A stretch of DNA of 64,000 bases from Octopus vulgaris (GCA_951406725.2 OX597822.1:81902001-81966000), one strand, 5' to 3'. Positions 12,241 to 25,116 are shown, numbered from the stretch's first letter. Notes: generated by a model from the sequence alone, not told the origin. Made by a program: numbers and translations.

Positions 12241-13086
12241 ATTGAAATCATGTCTCAACATTTTATGGCCAGACGCTCTTCCTGCTGCTAACCCCTTTTG
12301 GTTTCCCCCTAACAACATGCAAAGACTCAGTTTACCTGTTCTAAAGCCATTCCTGGAATAATATGTGTGTGTGTATAAAATATATTTATGTTCTTGTGTC
12401 CTAAATAACAGAAATGGTTTCAGTTCTTGTGAAAACGATAAACAAAAAGGTTTAATCTACTGTGAAACGGATTATCTAAGCTGATTATGTTTACATTTAA
12501 AGAAGTAGGTAGATTATCCTGTATTCAGTTTTGTATGTTCGGCAAAGAACTTATTAGTTTCCTAAGACCAATCGTTTCATTTTTCCTTGTGCCTACATTA
12601 TCTAGTATGTCTGTCTATCTTTCCTTTTTTAAGGCATTAAGGGGATAATTTGAGGCCAGATTTAGCTGCATTTCTACAACCATATACAAGCTACTCACTA
12701 GATAGCCTATCTGTGATTTATGAGATGTTTGTATGGTGATGGTTGATTGCCATGAAATGTATGTTGTGGAACCAGGAGAAGGTTAGATCTTTTGCATGTT
12801 GTATCATATAGTTGTGAAATGTAGGTGGTGTCAATAGTGAAATATGAACGGTGGAGGAGCAACACTGAATAATTGTTGTGAAATGTTGGCAGTTTAAAGA
12901 ATGTGAAATATGATCATTGATGGAGAAATATAGTAAATAATTGTTACTATGTAGGTATAAAGTGTGGACAATTGTGGAAGAAGACTTATAAAGCTGTGAA
13001 ATGTGAACAATAAATGTAGAATAAAATGGAACCAATTATGGTTAAAGAACTCTTACTACATTTACACATGAATCTCACTATTTTTA

Positions 13087-13523
13087 TACTCTTTTACTTG
13101 TTTCAGTCATTTAACTGTGGCCATGCTGGAGCACTGCTCTTAGTTGAGCAAATGAGCACCACTCTTAGTTGAGCAAATCAACCCCAGAGCTTATTCTTTG
13201 TAAGCCTAGTGCTTATTCTATCGGTCTCTTTTGCTGAACCGCTAAGTTACGGGGACGTAAATACACCAGCATCGGTTGTCAAGCGATGTTGCGGGGGTGG
13301 GTGGGCAAACACAGACACACAAAATACTTATACACACACATACATAATATATATATATACAACGGGCTTCTTTCAGTTTCCGTCTTCTAAATCCACTCAC
13401 AAGGCTTTGGTCGGCCCAAGGCTGTAGTAGAAGACACTTGCCCAAGGTGCCACGCAGTGGGACTGAACCTGGGATCATATGGTTGGTAAGCAAGCTACTT
13501 ACCACACAGCCACTCCTGCACCT
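13087..13523 (-). mobile_element. SINE family A
   Basis: Full-length reverse match with a ~25-bp tandem duplication near 13130-13180. Confidence 0.85.
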
Positions 13524-15471
13524 ACTTGATTTTAAATTGAAAAACTGGGGTGCAACTGTACATGGGGCAAAACTGATAACAAGTTTGAATCTGAACGGGG
13601 GCGGGAAAATTGGAACCAAGATTTAGCATTAAATTAGGAGTGCAGCTTCTATGCATGAGTAAATTATGGTAATTCTACTTGTCTCGGTTCATCTTAATCA
13701 GAATAGGTGGGTGCCAAATCATGTGGAAATATTACCTGCTTAATTGGGATTGAGGTGATTTGGTGCTAAGCAACAAGAGTATCTTAGTGTAGCTTTGTTA
13801 TGATGCTGTAGACCAAGGGACTCTTCTGATGGGTGTGTGACATTCTGTTTATTTAGTCACCTGCAATAATTAAAGATAAAATATATACCAAATTAAACTT
13901 TGCGGAAACATAGTCTGTTGCTTTGCTGAGATTAGGTACATCGAAGTATTTTATTAAACGCTTAAGTAATAATCTCTAACAATAATAATAACTATAATAC
14001 GCACACACACATATATATGTGTATATGAATATATTTGTATGTGTGTATGTATATATATATATTTGTATATATAATCATAGGATTATCTGTATCAGTGATT
14101 TATTGATTTTTCCAGCACGTGATTGGCACTCTTTGGCTAATAGTGTGCACACACTCACACATTAATGTTCCAAATCTTGTTTATTTTTGTTCTTGTTGAT
14201 CATGATGCTGCTGCCGCTGCTGATGATGATGGTGATTACAATTTATTTATGTTTTAAGTAGCTGCAAACCATCGTCTTACTTTGTAGTGCACATATAGTT
14301 GTTTGTTCGCTTCAAGTGTGTATTTTAAATTGCCTAAACTGCTGTGAATATAAATAATTCAAATAATGAAGGAAACTTTATGGTTTGAACAATCTTCAGG
14401 TATAAAAATTTATTGCACTCTTTCAAGTATTTGGATTGCATTTTTTGCCAATGTAGAACAACGCTAGTTTCTCTGGATTCTGCTGCTTCAATCTATATTC
14501 TTCATAATTACCGTTATATACAAACATACAGCCACACACACACACTAATGTTTTCATATATGCAGTCTTGAACAGTAGCCTTGTTGTATATTTCCCCTCA
14601 GAGAAAGTTCCAGCTGGCTGACAACTTCACTGCACACACTCACACACATACTAAAACACTGATAAACAAACACACACACACTGGTTGTCAGGACATGTAA
14701 GGAAGGAACAAGATTCTTTGCTGTTGCCACGGATGGAAATGTGTTCCTCTGTGAAAGCTGTATGGTTAGCATTATTCATATTCAAGATTTTTAGTTTTGC
14801 TATAAGCCAGTATTGGAATATTGGAATCTTATTTTATAATCCTGAATAGAGAAAAAGAAAAGGAACCGAAATATATCCAAACTGGAGAAGTAAAGATATG
14901 TGTAGATATATTGATTTAAGTTAAGACAGCAAAATCAGCAAGCATCAAGGAATTTTTATCAAAGAAAATCTCAGGAACATTTTGCCATTTCCATAATCAG
15001 GATTTATACATACATAAATACACACACACACACATGTGCACGTGCACACACATGTGTGTGTTATTTTGATTTCTTTTATCTATCTACATACACATGAAAA
15101 TCCAGTTGGAACTTAAAGCTATTTATTAATAAAATGAAAAGGAAATATAACATGGATATAAAAATTATTTGAATTGTAAAATGCAGAAAAGAAAAAATAA
15201 TTATAAAATGTACAAAATCTATTTTTGAAATTTTCATTCCAAAAATCTTTTGCATTTTCTAACTCTCCAGAGTAAGTAACTATTGACATATTTCAAATAT
15301 TTGATAAACACCTCAAGTGAACTGTTAAATCTCTTCACAATTTAAACTATTATAATTCTTGTCGGTGTTGTTGGTGTCGTCTTTATATTTACCTAAAATG
15401 TCACACTGGGACCATTAATTAATTTATTTTCTTCCCTGGTGCCAGAATATTTTTGGACATAATTTTTGAAA

Positions 15472-16065
15472 ATGTCTGATGTTCTTTTTGTTATGGATAA
15501 AATCTTAACCAAATGGGATCGCAAACAAGAAATAGTTGATCTGTGGCATTCCTTAGCCTATCGGGCCAAATCAAGACCGAAATCTAAATCATATGCCTTG
15601 AATGTGAAAAATAAAATTGGCCCCGTAAAACGGAAAAGAGATGCTTCACTTCAAGCTTGGAAAAACTCCTTTGGGCCTTCATTACAAACTATGCCTTGCC
15701 ACAACAAATGGAAACCAGCAAATACTTCGATAACTTACAGGAGATCTTTTTCAAATGATGCCATACACTTGGGTGCAAAGGACTGGAATTGTTCAAACTA
15801 TTCTGGAAATTGTACCAAACAAAACTCTAGACCCCTTCGAAGGTATCAGAGTTCCCCTATTATGGTTCGACCTGCTACCCCTATAAGACCCTCTGCATTC
15901 CCACCCTTGAAAAACTTCAGTTGCCAAACACAAATGGAAAGAAGTCAAAGTGATAAAATTGATAATATTAAAGAGTCTAAAACATCACAAGAAACTCCTC
16001 CAGTGACTTCTTCAAATGTTCCAATTTTCTGTTTAAAATCTTATTTAAAGAACTACACAAAATTG
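15472..16065 (+). CDS. Candidate long alternative first coding exon (198 aa, basic, Ser/Pro-rich, likely disordered)
   Basis: Longest ORF in the window and not repeat-derived; acceptor-like ttttcttccctggtgccag at 15445; TTG|gtaggt phase-0 donor at 16066 (a phase-1 gtaatt donor at 16070 also exists). Confidence 0.6.
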
Positions 16066-16098
16066 GTAGGTAATTTCTTCATTTCTTTCATTTCTTAA

Positions 16099-16572
16099 CC
16101 CTTTCGTTACCAACCTGGCTGAAACTGCTTCTGGCTCTGTAGTACAAATGTCTTGTTTTCAAAAGTTCTGAATTAAAATCTTCCACCAAACCTTAGTCAC
16201 AATTTATGTTCCTAACACTAGCTGAATGATAACTAAGTTATTTTTACTAAATTCTTTTTTTATATTTAAAGTAATTGAAAGAAACACAGCATCTCAACAG
16301 AAATATGGTAATGAAAGGGTTAAAATATATAATAGAGAAACAATTCTTAACCCTTTCAATACCAACCCAGCTAAAACTGGCTCAGGCTCTGTTCTACAAA
16401 TGGCTTGTTTTCATAAGTTTTGAATTGAAGTCTTTCACCAAACCTTACTCACAATTTATGTTCCTAACACCAGCTTAATGATAACTAAGTTATTTTACTA
16501 AATTCTTTATTATATTTAAAATTAATTGAAAGGAACACAGAGACTCTCAAAATAAATACAGTAACAAAAGGG
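16099..16572. mobile_element. Two tandem piggyBac-like MITEs (16099-16319, 16351-16572)
   Basis: Each reads TTAA-CCCTTT...AAAGGG-TTAA with homologous interiors. Confidence 0.85.
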
Positions 16573-16635
16573 TTAATTCAGTTCTTTGAGGCGGTGCACA
16601 GCATTAGATTCCCTACAGCCTTTAATCATCTAAAT

Positions 16636-16873
16636 TAAGGGTTCTCAACTGGGGTCCTTATGACCTTAGGGTTTCATATAAGATATTTTTGTTGAAATTG
16701 CTTGTACTTCTACAATGCACAAATTATTTTGACAATTTTTCAATACAGTTCCTAATTGTATTTAAATATAAAAATACAATAGGGTTTTTTAATCATTGAA
16801 TGGCTATGAGGGCCCACTTGAGTAAAATAGGAATCAGAAGGGTCCACAGGTAAGAAATGGTTGAGAACCATTG
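16636..16873 (+). mobile_element. hAT(Charlie)-like MITE
   Basis: TIRs plus TSD atctaaat / acctaaat. Confidence 0.75.
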
Positions 16874-17229
16874 ACCTAAATTCAAATCCTGCCTCCGTTG
16901 ACTTTTCCTTTCATCCTTCTAAAGGACGTTCATCCAATTAGCTGTAGCCCATCTGCTACAAATTTGTGGCCTTGTAATGTTAGGAAGCAACAGCATCTGG
17001 AAACATTAAAGAAAAGATAGCCATAGATCAGAATGTCTTTGATCATGAGTCTGCTCACACAGAATTAACCTGGAGATAAACAACATTAAGAAAGATGTCA
17101 GGTTTGGTAGAATTACTGGTGCACGGGATAATAGTATTTAGTGTCATTCTTCAATGTTTTGTGTTCAGACAATCCGGAAGAAGATCCCATGTTCTTTGTA
17201 GGCTGTTCAAGACCAGTGAGGTCAACAGA

Positions 17230-17535
17230 GTTGATGCAGATTGATGTTCTTGGGCAGCTGCTAGTTGATGGCTACAAATTTCTTTCCTGTTCAAAAAGCA
17301 TTGAACAAGGGAGGAATTTGAGATGGTTGATGCTTTTGGTAGTAATGATGGTGCCGGGTGGTTAGTGTGGCTGTAAGATGAGGGGATGCAGTCTAAATGG
17401 CAAGAGGAGGAGAGAGATGAGTCAGATGAGACTTGTAGGCAGAAGGTATCATCATGCTAAGAGACAGAGTGATGAAACAGCACATCGGTGGGCCAGAGGT
17501 TTTAGCTCTAAAGCAATACACAGAACAGTGAGCAA
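17230..17535 (-). pseudogene. Degraded CR1-group LINE remnant
   Basis: Reverse translation LKPLAHRCAVSSLCL resembles the CR1 motif LQPLSHRRxVASL. Confidence 0.45.
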
Positions 17536-18444
17536 GTAAAGTTAAACTAAAAAGGATGTCCTTGCACCTAAATTTCTTTAAGCCATACTCTATTCATTAT
17601 CATCACTTAACGTCTACTTTTCCATGCTTGCTTGGGGTTGGCACAATTCATTGAGGTAGATTTTCTACAGTTGGATGTCCTTCTTGTCACCAGCCTTCAC
17701 CAGCTTCTAAACAAGGTAACATTCCCTCATGGCTTGACATGTTTTACACAAGATAGACTGGAAATAGACAACCCCGGTTGTATAACATTGATACTTATTT
17801 ACAACTATCATTTGATGTCTAGACAAGAGTATACGCACACATGTCCGTGCACACACAACAGGCTTCTTTTAGTTTCCATCTATCAAATCCACTCACAAGG
17901 CTTTGGTCAGCCAGGGGCTATAGTAGAAGACACATTGGATAATGTAGTCCTAAATAAATTATGTCTGAATAAGACACTAGACAGTTACAGTTGAAACCTT
18001 TTTATTTATATATCTGCCAGAGCATTTTTAACAACCAAAGCTAACAGACCAATAAGGAATGTAGTCATGTTTTCTGCTCAAAATAGCTAAATTGCCCTCA
18101 AAATTAGATCCTACCATTGTTTAAATAAAAACGAATGATGCATTGGTTAAGACAGTTCCATATTCACCATGTCTGAATAAAAGACACAATGGTCATGTAA
18201 CTTCAGTTTTAACCTGTGTGTGCTTTATGGTAATTGATTAAAGAAGGAAATAATTTGTAAGGCAATGGTTATGATAAGTGGAAAGCAACAACAAAAACTA
18301 CATTGGAACAACAAGCAAAATATTCAAAGTGGGGTTTAAACAACCTATCAATTCTTTCTGCAACATATACGAAAGGAATACAACATCTTTGTTACAATGT
18401 CCTTGGAACCTAGACAGAAATTTTAAACAAAAATGTTGAGTAAT

Positions 18445-18585
18445 AACTTTGCTGTGTAGATGTAGAGACTCAAAGCTAATACCATCTGGCTTTTGAATAT
18501 AACGGCACCAGTGGATTCATATAAAGCTAGAAGAGTAGCAGCAAGGGCAGGACATGCCCTCGTCCTTGAGAGGATCCATTACAAA
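18445..18585 (+). pseudogene. Penelope-like ORF N-terminal fragment, same family as 38733
   Basis: TLLCRCRDSKLIPSGF, frameshift, ITAPVDSYKARRVAARAGHALVLERIHY; 18509-18585 is near-identical to 38731-38806. Confidence 0.6.
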
Positions 18586-19244
18586 GCCATCTAATAATTA
18601 GTAGTATAGTGTACCGGTGTAAACGCTAATACATAATCATATTGAAAAACTGGTCCCAATTGCTGACAGCGTAACTCACTGAAGTTTGTACAATAGTGAC
18701 AGAATGGCTGAATGGCAGCCCTATAATGATAACCATTATAAGCTTTGCCTTGTAATCATCCTCATCACATGAATAAGACTAACAAACAAACAGATTTCCA
18801 AATGCAATGATCAGTAACCTATAACTGAATAACTAGTTGCCATCCGAAAGATTGCAATGCATGAAAGTTGACTGCTAGCCAATACGTATGGTTCAATAAA
18901 TATATGAATAAATTCTATATTTTTTGTCAAGTATTTTCTCATCTGATTACAACTGCAATGTTTGTGTGTGTGTGTGTGTGTATGCATGCAATTAAAAAAA
19001 AAGGAAAAATTTGCCAGTATGATTTAAAAAAAAAAATCAAATATTGAAAACAGATGTTCCTTTACAACTTATTCATCATGTCATGCACGTATTACACATA
19101 TGATGTAAACATGTAATGAAAATATAACTGGGTTTTCTCTTGAAATATATTACTAGTTTTTTTTTTCTTCTTCTTTGCGAGTTCCTTGCAGTCACTCAAG
19201 GCCTCTGTGGTTGATGGAGTCATTCCAATGGAATTTGTTGTGTT

Positions 19245-19612
19245 TACTCTTATTTGTTTCAGTCATTTGACTGTGACCTTGCTGGAGCAGCGCCTTTAGT
19301 CAAACAAATCGACCCCAGGACTTATTCTTTGTAAGCCTAGTACTTACTCTATCTGTCTCTTTTGCCGAACCGCTAAGTTACGGGGACATTAACACACCAG
19401 CATCGGTTGTCAAGCGATGTTGGGGGGGACAAACAGATACATATACATATATACGACGGGCTTCTTTCAGTTTCTGTTTACCAGATCCATTCACATGGCT
19501 TTGGTCGACCCAAGTATATAGTAGAAGACACTTGCCCAAGGTGCCACGCAGTGGGACTGAGCCCGGAACCACGTGGTTCGTAAGCAAGCTATTTACCACA
19601 CAGCCACTCCTA
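19245..19612 (-). mobile_element. SINE family A
   Basis: Full-length reverse match. Confidence 0.85.
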
Positions 19613-20922
19613 CTCCTTTTTCTATTATTTCTGTTCTGTGCTCAACTTTGTAGCACCCATTCTCCACCTTTTCAGGTACTTCCCCCTATAAAAGTTCCGT
19701 CTAGGAAGGACCCCCCCCCCCCCCAAAAAAAAAACACCTCTTCCCTCGCAGCTACACTATTGTCTGATGTATTTGGACAATTCCAGATGCATTCACGTTT
19801 TCTTTGAGAAACGGTTGCTTTTGCATTAACCCTAATCCTATCCACTTTTAGCCTTCTAAGACCCTTTTAACGGTGTGACCCAAGCAATCCAGAGAGAAGG
19901 ACTGGGGACTTATTACTTTTCTTGGCTGTGAAAGGATGAAAGACATAAGTTGAACTTAATAAAATTCGAACTCGGAGCTTAGAAACAAATTTTACAAGGA
20001 ATGTTTCCTCCGCTGTTCCAATGCCTCTACCAAGTTCGCTGCTTTCCAAAGTCTTCAGCTCAATGCAACATTTTATGAAGCAGTGTTTTTATTGAATTTT
20101 TATCTGGTGTAATGTGAATATATAATCTAATGTTCTGTCTAACATTTATGATATTTCGATAAACTGTTAGCAATAATGCAAGTACCATCAAAACAACCAG
20201 CCCAGCCATCACCAACAACGACTACAACAGCAACAACAATCATAGGATAAAATAACTAGTACAATAACAACAGCAAGATGAATCTATCAAAAATAAATCA
20301 AAAGCTCAATGAAAGATGAAAGAAAATAAAATAAACAAGAGGGAAACTGTTTGATGTTTTCTAAACAGACATGTTTTAGTCGTGGTTCTATGTAAAAACA
20401 ATTCAAACATTGATACAAACTATAAAATTAGGAATTATAAACAGTGTGTGTCTGTGATATGGTTCATGTACGTGTGTATTGTATTCTGTGTAGATGTAAC
20501 GCTGGATGTGTGTGTGTGTATTGTTATACATAGTGTATATAAATGTGTTCATAACTGTGTGTGTTTGTATATGCGTGTGCGCTCTTCTTTCTCTCCTTCT
20601 CTCTCTCATCCGTATTTATTCGTCGTATACTAGTTGCACCCCAGTTTTTTTCTCAATTGAAATCAAGTATAAAATAATGCGATATATACACAGGTACTCT
20701 CGGTGTTCGTGTCCTTACACATACACACACACAGAGAATATGTGTATGTCCTGCTTTTAGAACAGGTACACTGTGTTCCTATGCGACTAAAAGAGCGCAT
20801 CCAGCAGTAAAACAATTGACCTTTGGTGTTCCAGATTCATCTACACACATTCTTTCGTGTGTCTCACTTCAGGCTCTGAGACTCAACACAGTTTTCTATC
20901 TTAAACAATTACCAATTACTCA

Positions 20923-20994
20923 ATGTACCCGCTGCCTACAGCGGTAAATTTTAGCAGGGTGGATGTGTACGTTTTCCTTCTCAGGAGGAATTCG
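20923..20994 (+). CDS. Candidate alternative first coding exon (MYPLPTAVNFSRVDVYVFLLRRNS)
   Basis: ATG-initiated 24 codons ending TCG|gtgagc in phase 0; unique UTR-like sequence upstream in a CpG-retaining zone. Confidence 0.45.
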
Positions 20995-21083
20995 GTGAGC
21001 AAATGGTGCTTTGACTTGAAAAAATACTGCATCATTATTGATATTGTGTTCGCAAGATTGGTTCTCCTTAATATTGGTTTTAG

Positions 21084-21306
21084 AGGGCGGCCAGCCGGCA
21101 GAATCGTTAGCATGCCGGGCGAAATGCTTGGCGGTATTTCGCCTGCCGCTACGTTCTGAGTTCAAATTCTGCCGCCGTGGTCGACTTTGCCTTTCAATCT
21201 TTCGGGGTCGATTAAACAAGTACGAGTTACGCACTGGAGTCGATTAATCCCTTTGTCTGTCCTTGTTTGTCCTCTCTATGTTTAGCCGCCTGTGGGCAAT
21301 AAATAA

Positions 21307-21310
<4 letters not shown>
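21084..21310 (+). mobile_element. SINE family B, CpGs intact
   Basis: Full monomer. Confidence 0.85.
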
Positions 21311-21343
<33 letters not shown>

Positions 21344-21462
21344 TTTTAGAGTTTGTCACTAGGCCAGCAAGTTCCGGGGAGGAGATAAATTGATTGATTT
21401 GACCTCAGTGCCCAACATGTACTTATTTTATCGATCCCGAGGGTGAAAGGCAAAGTCAACCT

Positions 21463-21872
21463 GGCAAGACTTCCTTTTGTACTACTCCCACTTTTTTTTT
21501 CTACACAAACCCCCGTTTTCGGCTACGGAGAATACGAATCTGCAAAAAAAAAAAAAAAAAGGCAAAAATCAGCATTTTGTCATTTCGCCCCCTCCCCCTT
21601 CCATCCCCCAATAACTTCATTTTTTCTTGCTTTTTTAGGGATTTTTTGTTTTTTTAATATGTGGAAAAATATGGAGATTATGATTCTGAAAAAAAAATTC
21701 CAAAAATTTCTGTAGTTAGGGAAAAAAGCTAAGAAATGGGGCGTGGGAAGGAGTCAAAATTTCAAAACGTCGATATTTGGCAATTTTCCGGAATCTCCGT
21801 ATCCCAAAACGGAGGGTTGTGGGGTGGGGGGGAAGAATTGAGATGAAATGGGGCAGGGGAGGAAATCTTAAT
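21463..21872. mobile_element. Merlin-like non-autonomous DNA element inserted in a family B SINE
   Basis: 8-bp TSD gtcaacct at 21455-21462 and 21873-21880; left TIR ggcaagacttcct; internal inverted repeats. Confidence 0.6.
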
Positions 21873-22308
21873 GTCAACCTCGGCGGAGTTCGAACTCAGA
21901 AGGTAAAGAAGAACAAAAAATACCGCTAAGCATTTGGCCCGACTCGCCAACGTTTCTTCCAACTCGCCGTCTCTGCTTTCCTTAATATTGATTTTTAAAG
22001 GATATTAATAACCGGTTGATGTAAAGTTGTTACTGTTATGCAATAAATTATGTTATACACAGAACCATTTATTTCTTCTCATAGCTAAGGGAAAATCAGG
22101 ATGGGGGAGAAATACAGATAGAAACTGTGTTCTCGTGTCTGCTGTCTCCTCTCTGGTTCGCTCTGAGACACACTCCAGCCTCTGAACTACAGGCTGTCTC
22201 TTCTTTCTGTCTCACTGTTTATATCTCTTTGGTTCAGAAGGAACAGTTGATGTTGCAAAATTCTGTTCTTTCTTGCTGCTATTTTTGGCAGCACTCAATG
22301 CCATGTGA

Positions 22309-22332
22309 ATGCTGGTCCAGATGGTCGTCAGG
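22309..22332 (+). CDS. Candidate alternative first coding exon (MLVQMVVR)
   Basis: AGG|gtaact phase-0 donor after a ~200-nt unique leader; short enough to be chance. Confidence 0.3.
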
Positions 22333-22586
22333 GTAACTGTTCTGTGTGTTGTTCTTGATGGTGTTTAGTTCTGAGGCAGGTCTGCTCGCGAAGACTTTTC
22401 TATTTTTTCCTTATAAGAGGCGTTCCAGCCATAATCATTCCATCTTCTTTTCTTTCAGGGACTAAACTGTCAAATGATTTTTGTTTTTCTATTTTAAGAA
22501 CGTTGGTATGAGATTTCAGGGAAATTTGACTGCTATTTCTAACAGGTAGAGCGATTGCGTGATTATTCTTTCACTGGTTCAGACAT

Positions 22587-22740
22587 CTCTTTTACTTGTT
22601 TTCAGTCATTTGACTGCGGCCATGCTGGAGCACCGCCTTTTAGTCGAGCAAATCGACCCTGGGACTTATTCTTTGTAAGCCCAGTACTTATTCTATCGGT
22701 CCCTTTTGCCGAACCGCTAAGTGACGGGGACGTAAACACA
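22587..22740 (-). mobile_element. SINE family A 3' fragment, CpGs intact
   Basis: Matches the tail half of the family. Confidence 0.8.
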
Positions 22741-23085
22741 TGTTTATTTGTATTTCTCATATAAAAGAAATTTTTGAAGAAAAGACTTTGTGTGGGGTGA
22801 GGGTTGTTGCTCTGGCCCTGAACAATCAGACTTGGTTCAAAAAGAGTCCGGCAGTGACCATCCTGCAGGATTTTTTTTTTATAGTATATTAGTATAATAC
22901 ATACACTGGGTTATAAATCACATCGGTTTTTTTTATCGGTTTACTATATAATTGGTAATTAATTAATCGGTCAATTAATTGACCGATTCACCTAATTGCT
23001 AATAAAATAAAGTAAATTACGATCAGTGCAAACGTTTTATTAGAATAACTGTAGAATTACATTATTCCTTGGTTGATGGCAGGTA

Positions 23086-23566
23086 TCTATACTATAATAA
23101 AGCTGTATGTTGATTAGTTTGGAGTATATATCTTGTACGAAAAGAAAAGAATTATCAAAGTCTACACTACTTCGAAAATTCTTATAAATTCCAATTTTAA
23201 TGATTTTTTTTAAAATTAAAAAATGTGGTTTTTAAGATTATTAATATTATTGAAGACTTCAACGGCACAGTTCAATCATAAAACAGTCGTGCAAGTGACT
23301 ATATTTTATTTCTTCGTAAATTTTGATGCTTTACGTGTTTGATGTTATTCTAAATTTATTTACTGAGTTGATAAAGGATACGAAAGGAAATTAGTTGTAA
23401 CGATCAGAAAAATTACTCAAATTGCGAATCAAAAGTGTAAATATTTAGCGAATAGCAGAAAACCGACCGGAAGGTTGTCTTTCTAGAATGCTTCATTTTA
23501 TAAAAAAAACATGTGCCTGACCGTTTTCTGTTGAAGAAATGCAGCAAGTCTTGCACCAAATGCTAG
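23086..23566 (+). mobile_element. Possible non-autonomous Helitron
   Basis: a|TCTATACTATAATAAA start; gcaag-t-cttgc hairpin followed by CTAG. Confidence 0.4.
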
Positions 23567-24687
23567 GTGTGCTATAAAATTGAGGTATTTATCCAATTGA
23601 ACAATTATTAGTAGACATTAAATGACCTCTTCCTCGTTCTAATGATTTGGGATGTATTCTGACTGGAATGGACTTTGGAGTTGTCACCCTTGACTTGAAC
23701 AAAAGTTATCATAAACACTAATAATCAGTCTTTACAGTACAGTTAATTTTTAAATTATTACCATCTGTGCGGGGCCGGGGTGCTAATTACATTAAATTAT
23801 GTTAGCTCTCACTTAACTATGTATACATTATGCAGAAGACATCTCTGCGAAATATTTCAATGTCGTTACAAAAACTAGACGGATTATTTATTTATTTATT
23901 TATTGTATCACATGATCGCCTGTTTTGTCACTTTATGTCGGCATCCTCTTTGCCCTATATAAACACATCATCATCCTTCTCGCTACCAGCCTCCCCACCA
24001 ATAGCAACGATCTTTTTTAACCCCCCCCCCCCCCCCATGCTTCCGTCCTTCCTCTGTCACTCGTAATTTATTTTTTGGGTCATGCTGGTTGCGGTGAAGA
24101 ATTAAGTGTATATATGTAAGCATGCATGTAATACATGGAGGTTATTTACATAATGTATGTATGTTTGCGTGCGTGCATGCATATGCACTCAACATGTTGC
24201 AAATGATGGGAAATGGATTGTGTGTGTATGCGTGTGTGTGAGCATGCAGAAGGTATGTATACATAACTGTGCGTGTATGATTATGAATATGTATGTGTGC
24301 GCGTGCGCGTGTGCTTCAGTAAATTATTTAGTGATGGTTAAAGCACGTTCAAGCACATTCATTGCCGTGAATTGACTCTTGATGCTGTTCTTTATTAGTT
24401 CCTAAGACAACCCCGATCGTATCGACTTCTGAATCGAAAGAGTTTTAGCTGTGATCATCGCCCACCTTCCCTCGAGTAGGCATGTCAATATGCCCTACGC
24501 TTTCAGGAAGATTTGGCTGCTGTTTCAGGCAAACTCAGTGGCTACGTAGATGATGTCTCCCTCGTTGGCTCGCTTCTTTTCTTATATTGCTTATATTTGT
24601 AATAAATAACAAGGATACATTCTTCAAGAACAGCTGACTGAGGTTTCGTGTGTCATGTATATAAACACAAGCACGCACACCCTCACG

Positions 24688-24703
24688 ATAGATAGATGGG
24701 ATG

Positions 24704-24772
<69 letters not shown>

Positions 24773-25116
24773 GCAGATAGAGATATGATGGATAGATAGA
24801 TAGATAGATAGGCAGATAGAGATATGATGGATAGATAGATAGATAGGCAGATAGAGATATGATGGATGGATAGATAGATAGGCAGATAGAGATATGATGG
24901 ATGGATAGATAGATAGGCAGATAGAGATATGATGGATGGATAGATAGATAGGCAGATAGAGATATGATGGATGGATAGATAGATAGGCAGATAGAGATAT
25001 GATGGATGGATAGATAGACAGACAGATAGATAGATAGAGATATGATGGATGGATGGATAGATAAATCGATAGACAGTCAGATAGATAGATAGATAGATAG
25101 ATGATATGATAGATAG
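24688..25116 (+). repeat. (GATA)n microsatellite with 35-bp higher-order units
   Basis: ggcagataga recurs at 24811, 24846, 24881, 24916, 24951 and 24986. Confidence 0.95.

Noticed and set aside
24244-24252. ATG CAG AAG|gtatgt phase-0 micro-exon
   Set aside because: Lies in (TG)/(TA) low-complexity sequence where ATG and gtatgt arise by chance.
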